From Candidatus Methylomirabilota bacterium (GTDB lineage: Bacteria > Methylomirabilota > Methylomirabilia > Rokubacteriales > CSP1-6), in the NCBI GenBank assembly GCA_035281625.1, contig DATEDO010000024.1:266-64265 (forward strand): DNA of 64,000 nucleotides. Direction: 5' to 3'. The notes beneath the pieces are model-generated. The model worked only from the letters and a program-made list of their open reading frames with translations. It did not search any database and was not told the origin of the DNA. How positions within the stretch are numbered: the stretch's first letter is position 1; each line of letters starts with the position of its first letter. Positions 28,808 to 36,213 of the stretch are shown here, one piece after another. Position numbers and translations under genes: made by a program.

Positions 28808-29386
28808 ATGCCCCCCGTCGACCCCAACGAACCCCTCATGACCGGTGAGAACTCCTTCATCCGCCTGAGCAATGACGGCGGCAAGACCATGACCGATCGG
28901 GCTAGCCACTGGCGCGTGCTCTGGTGCGGCGCCGGCGCGGGCCACGTGCTGTTCTTGCAATCGACGCTCACCGACGGTAAGCCGCGCATCTACAGCGACA
29001 ACATCGCGGTGGCGCGGTGGCTGCAGACCAACATCGAGAAGTACCTCTTCCCCGCCTTCGCCGACACCGCGCTGCCGGTGATCTCGGCGGGGTTCGAGCG
29101 CGGCGGCGGGCCGCGCTCCAGCGCCACCGAGTCGGTGGTGGCCCAGGACACGCGCGTCATCATGTCCTGGTACGACTGCATCGCCCCGTTCGTGCTCCAC
29201 GCCCCGCCGGGCTTCGGCGACCGGCCCATCGGCGTGTTCAGCACGTTCTTCCCCGCGCGCGGCGCCCAGATCGAGCTGAACGGCCGCGCGGCGCCGGGTA
29301 GCGTGTGGGCGGAGATGCGCGGCGATCGGCAGAGCTCGAGCGCGTGCCTGGCCTGGTCGGAGACCTGGGTCAAGCCCCGGACGTAG
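28808..29386 (+). CDS. hypothetical protein
   Basis: ATG 28808 follows AAAGGAGAG. 192 aa with coding-like composition. No family recognised. Confidence 0.6.
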   Translation: MPPVDPNEPLMTGENSFIRLSNDGGKTMTDRASHWRVLWCGAGAGHVLFLQSTLTDGKPRIYSDNIAVARWLQTNIEKYLFPAFADTALPVISAGFERGGGPRSSATESVVAQDTRVIMSWYDCIAPFVLHAPPGFGDRPIGVFSTFFPARGAQIELNGRAAPGSVWAEMRGDRQSSSACLAWSETWVKPRT

Positions 29387-30401
29387 GCGAGCGTCCGGGC
29401 GGCGGACAGCAGTCGGCGGGACAGTCGTCGGGCGCGGGGCCCTCGGGCCCCAGCGCCCGGCGTGGGGCGCCGCCGGTGCGCTCCAGCACGAGCTCGCGAA
29501 TCATGGCGACGAAGCGGGGGTGCGTGCCCACCGTGTCGGCACGGACGAAGCGGAGGCCCAGCCCGCGGGCGCGCGCCGCCGCCTCGACGTCGAGGTCCCA
29601 CTTCACCTCGAGGTGATCCGAGACGAAGCCGATGGGGATCACCACCACGTCGGTGACGCCCGCCGCACGCAACGCCGCGAGGTGCGCGCCGATATCGGGC
29701 TCGAGCCACGGGACCGACGGCGGGCCGCTCCGGCTCTGGTAGACGAGCCGCCAGGGGTGCCGCGCGGCGAGCCGCTCGGCCACCAGCCGGCAGGCCGCCG
29801 CGAGCTGCGCCTCGTAGGCGCTGCCCGTGGCCATGGCCCGCGGCACGCTGTGCGCGGTGAAGGCCAGGTGGGCGCCCGCCCGTGAGGCCTCGGGGAGCGC
29901 GGCCAGCGCCGCCTCGACCCGCTCGACCGTGGGCTCGATGAAGCCCGGGTGATTCCAGAAGAGCCGCAGCTTGTCCACCGCCGGGGCGTCCGCCCCCACC
30001 GCCGCCCGCGCCCGCGCGATGTCCTCGAGATACTGCCGGCACGAGGAGTACGAGGCGAAGGCCGAGGTGACGAAGGCCAGGGCTCGGCGCACGCCGTCGC
30101 GCGTCATCTCCGCCAGGGTCTCGGCGAGGAAGGGCCGCCAGTTGCGATTGCCCCAGTAGCACGGGAGCGCGGGCCCGCGCGCGCGCAGCTCGGCGCGCAG
30201 CGCCGCGAGCAGCGCGCGATTCTGCGCGTTGATCGGGCTCACGCCCCCGAAGTGCTCGTAGTGCGCAGCCACCTCGAGCAGGCGCTCGCGTGGAACCGCG
30301 CGCCCGCGGGTGACGTTGTCCAGAAATGGCATCACCTCGCCGGGGCCTTCGGGGCCGCCGAACGAGACGAGCAGCACCGCATCGTATGCGCGGTCGTTCA
30401 T
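29370..30401 (-). CDS. hemH: ferrochelatase, actinobacterial/coproporphyrin (CpfC)-like, with Cys-rich C-terminal tail
   Basis: Full-length ferrochelatase pattern (LLVSFGGPEGPGEVMPFLDNVTRGR, HFGGVSPIN, IPIGFVSDHLEV). C-terminal DDCPADCC plus internal SSCRQY. Confidence 0.92.
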   Translation of the reverse strand: MNDRAYDAVLLVSFGGPEGPGEVMPFLDNVTRGRAVPRERLLEVAAHYEHFGGVSPINAQNRALLAALRAELRARGPALPCYWGNRNWRPFLAETLAEMTRDGVRRALAFVTSAFASYSSCRQYLEDIARARAAVGADAPAVDKLRLFWNHPGFIEPTVERVEAALAALPEASRAGAHLAFTAHSVPRAMATGSAYEAQLAAACRLVAERLAARHPWRLVYQSRSGPPSVPWLEPDIGAHLAALRAAGVTDVVVIPIGFVSDHLEVKWDLDVEAAARARGLGLRFVRADTVGTHPRFVAMIRELVLERTGGAPRRALGPEGPAPDDCPADCCPPPGRSPTSGA

Positions 30402-30419
30402 CGCTCCGGTGATACCACG

Positions 30420-30452
30420 GTCGTGTAAGCCTTACACCGGGCCGTCGTGTAA
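30420..30452. promoter_or_regulatory. operator-like GTCGTGTAA direct repeat flanking a GTGTAA-N3-TTACAC palindrome upstream of hemH
   Basis: GTCGTGTAA at 30420-30428 and 30444-30452. TTACAC at 30432-37 pairs with GTGTAA at 30423-28. Located 19-51 nt upstream of the hemH start. Confidence 0.3.
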
Positions 30453-30672
30453 TTCCGCCATCGCTGGCGAGCCGTGCGGCTCGCGCGCGCCCGATATGTC
30501 GTTGGCCCATCGCCACTTACGGCGCATCGGACCCGTCGACTCGCGACACGTTCGCCACTGGTGAACTCTTCTGGCGAGGTGCCGGTTATCGGATCGAGTG
30601 CACGAAACCGGGCGACGCGCCCACCACGAGCGTGGCGACGTCGACGAACAATTCAACCAGGAGGAGCGATCG

Positions 30673-31008
30673 ATGAAGGGAACTCGCATCGTGGCGAGCA
30701 TGGTGGCGGCGGCGTTCTCCGTCTGGGCCCTCGGGCCCGCGATGGCGCAGACGCCCGCGCCGGCAGCGAAGCCCGCGGAGACGAAGCCGGAGGCCAAGCC
30801 CGCTGACAAGCCCGCGGAGATGAAGGCGACCGACAAGCCCGCCGACAAGGGCGCGAAGAAGGACGAGGGCAAGGGCAAGGCCAAGGCCAAGGGGCACGAC
30901 AAGCAGGACGCCAAGAAGGCCGATGCCGCGGCCAAGCCCGCCGAGAAGGCCAGCACCGACGCCAAGCCCGCGGACAAGCCCGCCGAGAAGCCGGCGGCCA
31001 AGAACTAG
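30673..31008 (+). CDS. secreted low-complexity Lys/Pro/Ala/Glu/Asp-rich repeat protein
   Basis: ATG 30673 follows AGGAGGAG. Signal peptide ending AMAQ. The mature part is repeats of KPAE/KPAD/KPAEK-type units. Confidence 0.6.
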   Translation: MKGTRIVASMVAAAFSVWALGPAMAQTPAPAAKPAETKPEAKPADKPAEMKATDKPADKGAKKDEGKGKAKAKGHDKQDAKKADAAAKPAEKASTDAKPADKPAEKPAAKN

Positions 31009-31141
31009 CGCGGACAACCCCCCGCGCATGGCCGCCCCGGCATCGCGGCGTGCGCGGTTCTGCCGGGGCGTCGCCTCCCACACGGCGGCGCCCCGGCTCT
31101 CCCTTCGGGGCATTGATCCGTGTGCTAGTCTGAACCTCGTG

Positions 31142-31660
31142 ATGCATCCCGTCGTCCGTCGGGTCCCCCTGCTGCTCCTGGCCGCCGCGGCATTTCTCGC
31201 CGGACCGGCCTGGGCGGGGGAGGGGTACGTCCCCCCGCTGTCCTTTCTCGACCCCGCGCCGGCGGCGGTCACCGGCTCCACACCGTTCGCCGGCATCGAC
31301 CTCTCCGTGGACCGTGACGGGGCCGAGCGCAGCCTGCGTGTCCCCCTGGCCTCGCGCGAGGACCGCCGGGCGCTCGGGCGCGTGGTGGTGCCCTATCTTT
31401 CCGTGGGGGCGACGACGCAGGCCGACAGCAGCATCCGCGACAACACCGTCCTTTACGAGAACGTCGCGCGCGGGCAGCGGTCGGGGATGGACATGGGCGC
31501 CGGGCTCGCGTGGAAGCTGTCCGAGCGCATGGAGCTCTTCGGCGAGTACCGCTTCCTGCGGATGAATCCCGATCCCGCCGAGGCCGTCGGCTCCGGGGTC
31601 CTCCACCGCGACGTCGACGGGCCGCTCCTCAAGGGCGGCTTCACCATCAGGCTGCCCTAG
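31142..31660 (+). CDS. putative small outer-membrane beta-barrel protein
   Basis: ATG 31142. Signal peptide (LLLLAAAAFLAGPAWA). Alternating-hydrophobicity strands and a C-terminal ...GGFTIRLP. Family assignment is tentative. Confidence 0.55.
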   Translation: MHPVVRRVPLLLLAAAAFLAGPAWAGEGYVPPLSFLDPAPAAVTGSTPFAGIDLSVDRDGAERSLRVPLASREDRRALGRVVVPYLSVGATTQADSSIRDNTVLYENVARGQRSGMDMGAGLAWKLSERMELFGEYRFLRMNPDPAEAVGSGVLHRDVDGPLLKGGFTIRLP

Positions 31661-31675
31661 CCCCGCACCCCCCCG

Positions 31676-32410
31676 CTACCGGGCGCGCTGCCAGATGGCG
31701 TGGCCCACGAAGAACGGGCCCAGCCTCTCGATGTACTCCGAGGTCTGAATGGTGCGGCGCATCGCCTGCACCAGGTGGGAGAGGGGATGAAGCGCGCGGC
31801 CCACCAGCCCGATCACGAAATCGTTGTCGTTCGTGTCGAGCCCGTAGCACGCGAGGCGGACGTCGTGGGCGTGGTCGGCCTCGCCGTAGGCGCGGCCGAT
31901 GGTGGCGTGCTCGTGCAGAATCTTGCCCTGCTCCTCCCGCGACAGCCGCGCGAAGGCGCCGGTCCGGCGCAGGGGATACCAGATGGCCCAGGGCCAGGCC
32001 GGGTTCAGCACGGTGCGGCGCGGCCGCTCGAGCAGCCACTCGGCGAGGTCGGCCTCGAAGCCCGACGCGTAGGTGCGCCCCACCATGGCCAGCTCGGGCC
32101 GAAGCGTGAGCCCGTCGAAGGGCTCCGCGCTCAGCAGCTCACGGAGGCGGCCGACGAGGTATGCGGGATCCTCCGCGAGAGTGAGCACGCCCACGCCCCG
32201 CGGGTCATGGAGGTCCCGGTAGAGGACGGCCTCCGCGCCGCTGCGCTCGAGCGCGATGGCCAGAGGCTTCGGGTCCGCGCAGCCCGTGAAGACCTGGAGC
32301 TGGACGAAGAGCCGGCGATCCAGCGTCTTGCCGCCGGCGCCGCGCTCGGTGAGGTCGACCTGATAGCCCGGCGGCTGACCCCCGGCGGCCGGCCGTCCCG
32401 TCTCGCTCAT
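31676..32410 (-). CDS. chlorite dismutase family protein (HemQ/ChdC-like coproheme decarboxylase candidate)
   Basis: 244 aa. Colinear, as I recall it, with actinobacterial HemQ (WYPLRR..., ILHEHATIGRAY with the proximal-His context, VQAMRRT..., GPFFVG). Confidence 0.8.
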   Translation of the reverse strand: MSETGRPAAGGQPPGYQVDLTERGAGGKTLDRRLFVQLQVFTGCADPKPLAIALERSGAEAVLYRDLHDPRGVGVLTLAEDPAYLVGRLRELLSAEPFDGLTLRPELAMVGRTYASGFEADLAEWLLERPRRTVLNPAWPWAIWYPLRRTGAFARLSREEQGKILHEHATIGRAYGEADHAHDVRLACYGLDTNDNDFVIGLVGRALHPLSHLVQAMRRTIQTSEYIERLGPFFVGHAIWQRAR

Positions 32411-32471
32411 GCCCCGAGGCTATCACGCCGCCCCTTGCCCCCGCGGCGGCTTCCATAGGACACTCGCCCCG

Positions 32472-34031
32472 ATGCGGCGCTTCGACGTCGTGATCCTGGG
32501 CGGGGCCTTCTCCGGCGCCTCCGCCGCCATCCTCCTGCGGCGCGAGCGGCCCGAGCTCTCCGTGCTGGTCGTCGAGCGCGCCCCCGCCTTCGACATGAAG
32601 GTCGGCGAGGCCACCACCGAGATGTCGGCGATGTTCCTCACCCGCCGCCTCGCCACGTGGAATCACCTGGAGCTCGAGCAGCTCCCCAAGGAAGGCCTCC
32701 GCTACTGGTTCTCCAACGAGCGCGTGAAGGGCCACGCCGACGCGTCGGAGACGGGCGGCTTCCTCCGCAGCGCGGTGCCGTCCTTCCAGCTCCGCCGCGA
32801 CGCGCTCGACGAGCATCTCCTCGCCACCGCGGTGGCCGAGGGCGCGACGCTGCGGCGCCCCGCGCGCGTGGCCGACGTCACGCTGGGCGACTTCGACTCG
32901 CGCGTGACCATCGAGCAGGACGGCCGGTCGGAGACCGTGGCCTGCCGCTGGGTGCTGGACGCCACGGGACGCGCGACCTTCCTCGGCAAGCGTCTCGGCC
33001 TGATCGACAGGAATGAAGAGCATCCAACCGCGGCGATCTGGTGCCGCTGGAAGAACGTGCGCCACATCGACGATCTCGCGGCCCGGCAGGGCGGGGGGCT
33101 CGCCCATCGGGGGCTCGGCTCGCGGCGGCTCAGCACCAACCACTACATGGGTTTCGGCTACTGGATCTGGGTGATTCCGCTGGGGCACGGCGAGACCAGC
33201 ATCGGCGTCGTGTACGACACGCGGCTGGTCGGCTTGTCCGAGAGCCGCGATCGGATGCGCGACTTCGCGGCGTTCGTGCGCGCCATCCCCGCGCTGGCCG
33301 AGCTGCTGGAGGGCGCCGAGCCGCGCGGGGAGGATCTCCGCTTCTACTCCTTCCTCCCGTACGTGAGCCGGCAGTACATGGGGCGCGGCTGGGCCCTGCT
33401 GGGCGATGCCGCCGCGTTCATGGATCCCTACTACTCGCCGGGGCTCGACCACGCCGCCTTCACCGTCGAGGGGACCACGGAGATCATCAAGAAAGATTGG
33501 ATGGGCGAGCCGCTGGATGCGCGCATCGCCGAGCACAACGGCGCCTTCGTGCGCTCGTACCACCGCTTCTTCCAGGCCGTGTACCGCGACAAGTACTACT
33601 ACATGGGCGAGCAGGATCTCCTCTCGGCGTCGTTCCTGATGGACACCGCGCAGTACTACCTCTTCATCGTCATACCCGCGTACCGGTTCGTGAAGCGCTT
33701 CCAGTGGATGCCCGTGCTCGGCCATCCCGGCGCCTCGCTCAACTATCGGTTCATGCGCTTCTACAACCGGCGCTTCAAGACGATCGCGCTCGCGCGGCGG
33801 CGACTGGGCGCGGCCGGGCGCCGCAATCACGGCCGGCGCCTCATACCCTACTTCGCGCTCGACTGGGCCCCGGTGCGCATGACGCTGCGGGGACTGCGCA
33901 TGTGGACGGTGGCCGAGCTGGATCTCCTCCGGCTGCGGGTCGCGGCGCTGTTCCGCCCGCCCGCCGCGGTCCCGGAGCCCTCACCCCTCCGGCCAGTCCG
34001 GCCCCAGCCAGAGAAAGCCGCGACGAAGTAG
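32472..34031 (+). CDS. FAD-dependent oxidoreductase with flavin-dependent-halogenase-like signature
   Basis: ATG 32472. Dinucleotide motif VVILGGAFSGASAA, FDMKVGEAT, and GYWIWVIPLG (WxWxIP). 519 aa with a hydrophobic or amphipathic C-terminal extension. Confidence 0.8.
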   Translation: MRRFDVVILGGAFSGASAAILLRRERPELSVLVVERAPAFDMKVGEATTEMSAMFLTRRLATWNHLELEQLPKEGLRYWFSNERVKGHADASETGGFLRSAVPSFQLRRDALDEHLLATAVAEGATLRRPARVADVTLGDFDSRVTIEQDGRSETVACRWVLDATGRATFLGKRLGLIDRNEEHPTAAIWCRWKNVRHIDDLAARQGGGLAHRGLGSRRLSTNHYMGFGYWIWVIPLGHGETSIGVVYDTRLVGLSESRDRMRDFAAFVRAIPALAELLEGAEPRGEDLRFYSFLPYVSRQYMGRGWALLGDAAAFMDPYYSPGLDHAAFTVEGTTEIIKKDWMGEPLDARIAEHNGAFVRSYHRFFQAVYRDKYYYMGEQDLLSASFLMDTAQYYLFIVIPAYRFVKRFQWMPVLGHPGASLNYRFMRFYNRRFKTIALARRRLGAAGRRNHGRRLIPYFALDWAPVRMTLRGLRMWTVAELDLLRLRVAALFRPPAAVPEPSPLRPVRPQPEKAATK

Positions 34032-34769
34032 CGCGTCGCGCCGGTCGAGCGCGTAGCCGCCGCGCTCGGCGAGGGCATGCGCGGCCGCCACGAAGCGCCG
34101 CCGCGGCGTCCGCGCCCCGCTCGGTGCCCGCTGCCAGGCCGCATGCCAAGCCGTGAAGAAATGGTCGATGGCTCCCGCCGGCTCCGCGTGATGGATGAAG
34201 GCCTTGGGCAGGACGGCCCGAAGGGCCCGCGGCGCGAAGTCCGCGCCGAGCCGCGGCGCCAGCACCACGCCCGCGCGCTCGAGCGTGGCGGCCTTTCGAA
34301 AGAGGTTGAAGGCGAGCAGGCGGCCGTGCGGGTCGGACGTGCCCTCGAGGAGGAGGCCGCCTGCCGCGAGGCGGGCGCCCAGGGCCGCCAGCGCGCCCGG
34401 CACCGCCGCCTCGTCGTACTGGCGCAGCACGTTGAAGGCGCGGATGACGGCCACGCGCTCGCCCGGGCGGAGCGGCAGGTCGAAGCCGCCGTGTCGGAAC
34501 TCGAGGCCGGGCGCGGCGTGAGGCTGCGCCTCGGCCACCCGCACGGGATCGATCTCCACGCCGAGCACGCGCGCCCGTGAATCGACCGCGCGGAGCCGCC
34601 GCCACGTCTCCTTGGTGGTCACGGGATGGGCGCCATAGCCCACATCCACGTAGAGCCCCGGGAGCTGGCGCACGAGGGCGGGGAAGGCCACGGCCAGGAA
34701 CGTGTCGGTCTTCCGGAGGCGATTCGGCGCGGTCTTGCCCCGCGTGGGCCGTCCGAGCGGCTTTCGCAT
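33981..34769 (-). CDS. class I SAM-dependent methyltransferase-like protein
   Basis: Track ORF trimmed to ATG 34769. LYVDVGYGAHP (motif I-like) and VLGVEID. 262 aa. The 3' end overlaps the convergent gene by 51 nt. Confidence 0.65.
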   Translation of the reverse strand: MRKPLGRPTRGKTAPNRLRKTDTFLAVAFPALVRQLPGLYVDVGYGAHPVTTKETWRRLRAVDSRARVLGVEIDPVRVAEAQPHAAPGLEFRHGGFDLPLRPGERVAVIRAFNVLRQYDEAAVPGALAALGARLAAGGLLLEGTSDPHGRLLAFNLFRKAATLERAGVVLAPRLGADFAPRALRAVLPKAFIHHAEPAGAIDHFFTAWHAAWQRAPSGARTPRRRFVAAAHALAERGGYALDRRDALLRRGFLWLGPDWPEG

Positions 34770-34796
34770 CGCCCACGATCTTAGTAGAGTCTCGCC

Positions 34797-36014
34797 ATGA
34801 CCTCGCGCGTGCTCATGGGCCCCGGGCCCACCATGGCCGACCCGCGCGTGCTGCGCGCCATGGCGGCGCCGCTGCTGGGTCAGTTCGACCCCGCCTTCAC
34901 CGCGATCATGAACGAGGTGATGGCCCTCACCCGCTTCGTCTTCCAGACGAGCAACGCGCGCGCCTTTCCCGTGCCGGGTACGGGGCGGGCCGGGCTCGAG
35001 GCGGCCATCGTCTCGCTCGTGGAGCCGGGCGAGCGGGTGGTGGTGGGCGAGTGCGGGCGCTTCGGCCTGCTCCTCGCCGAGATCGCCGAGCGCTGCGGCG
35101 CGGAGGTGACCGTCGTGCGCGGCGAGTGGGGACGCGCGCTCGAGCCCGACGCCATCGCGGCGGCGCTGCGCGCGGGCCCGACGCGCATGGTGGCCATCAT
35201 CCACGGGGAGACGTCCACCGGGGTGCTCCAGCCGCTTCCCGAGATCGCGCGACTCGCCCGCGCCCACGACGCGCTGCTGCTGGCCGACGCGGTGGTGACG
35301 CTCGGCGGGTGCGCGGTGGAGACGGACGCCTGGGACGTGGACGTCGTGGTGGCGGGGACGCAGAAGTGCCTCTCCTGTCCTTCCGGCCTGGCCCCCATCA
35401 CCTACAATGCCCGCGCGGAGGCGGCGCTGGCGGCGCGGCGCACCCGCGTCCGCAGCAATTACCTCGACCTCGCTCAGCTCGCGGAGTACTGGAGCCCGAA
35501 GCGCTACAACCATCACACCGCGTCCACCACCCTGGTGTACGGCCTGCGCGAAGCGCTGCGCGCGATCGAGGAGGAAGGCCTGGAGGCTCGCTTCGCGCGG
35601 CACCGCCTCCACGGTGACGCGCTCCGGGCCGGACTGGCCGCCATGGGCCTGGCCCTCTTCGGCGCGGAGGCGCCCGCGCGCCGGCTGCCCTTCATCACCC
35701 CGGTGGTCGTGCCCGAGGGCGTGGACGAGCTCCGCGTGCGGCGCCGGCTGCTGGAGGAGTTCGGGCTGGAGATCGGCGCCGCCTTCGGGCCGCTGCAGGG
35801 CCGCATCTGGCGCATCGGCACCATGGGCTACTCGGCGCGGCGGGAAAATGTCCTGCTCTGCCTGGCTGCGCTGGAGCACGTGCTCCGGGGCGAGGGCGGG
35901 AAGCCGGAGCCGGGGGCGGGGATCGAGGCGGCAGCGGCGTGCTACGCCGCGGCCGGCCTCGGTGGCCTGGACGTGGACGAGAGCCTGGGGGCGGGTGGTA
36001 TCGGGCGAGTCTAG
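34797..36014 (+). CDS. class V aminotransferase (alanine-glyoxylate / serine-pyruvate aminotransferase family)
   Basis: LMGPGPT N-terminus, IIHGETSTGVLQP, and GTQKCL (PLP lysine context). 405 aa. Confidence 0.9.
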   Translation: MTSRVLMGPGPTMADPRVLRAMAAPLLGQFDPAFTAIMNEVMALTRFVFQTSNARAFPVPGTGRAGLEAAIVSLVEPGERVVVGECGRFGLLLAEIAERCGAEVTVVRGEWGRALEPDAIAAALRAGPTRMVAIIHGETSTGVLQPLPEIARLARAHDALLLADAVVTLGGCAVETDAWDVDVVVAGTQKCLSCPSGLAPITYNARAEAALAARRTRVRSNYLDLAQLAEYWSPKRYNHHTASTTLVYGLREALRAIEEEGLEARFARHRLHGDALRAGLAAMGLALFGAEAPARRLPFITPVVVPEGVDELRVRRRLLEEFGLEIGAAFGPLQGRIWRIGTMGYSARRENVLLCLAALEHVLRGEGGKPEPGAGIEAAAACYAAAGLGGLDVDESLGAGGIGRV

Positions 36015-36034
36015 CCGTGGGAAGCATCGCGCCA

Positions 36035-36064
36035 TTGACTTGATCCGCGCCGGCCGGATATAAA
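36035..36064 (+). promoter_or_regulatory. sigma70-type promoter candidate for the livHMGF-ligase-SBP operon
   Basis: TTGACT (36035-36040), 18-nt spacer, TATAAA (36059-36064). Conspicuously AT-rich in a GC-rich background. Confidence 0.55.
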
Positions 36065-36213
36065 CTCCCACGATCGTCACGCCGCGACAGCGTCGCCGCG
36101 GCGGACGTGCCGCCGGTGTCACCGGGTGGGGGACCTTCCTGGACACGATCCTGCAGCTCGCCCTGAACGGCGTCGCCGTCGGGTGCATCTACGGACTGGT
36201 CGCGCTGGGCTTC

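Noticed and set aside
30402-30672. Possible cobalamin riboswitch: GCCACTG at about 30560 and GTGTAATTCC at about 30447 resemble conserved riboswitch segments.
   Set aside because: The other core elements (AGGGAA, CCCGC-ACTGT, a convincing B12 box) are not present in the right order. Neither flanking gene is a typical cobalamin-regulated gene.
30432-31001. 189-aa minus-strand ORF (Ala/Gly/Leu/Ser-rich, looks membrane-like) opposite the KPAE-repeat gene.
   Set aside because: It is the mirror image of a low-complexity repeat. The plus-strand gene has the SD, start and signal peptide, and the antisense ORF has none.
36126-36140. Programmed ribosomal frameshift at the G5 run upstream of livH.
   Set aside because: There is no slippery heptamer, stimulatory structure or precedent for this gene family. 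A sequencing or assembly error or a non-canonical start is the simpler explanation (reported as a low-interest finding).
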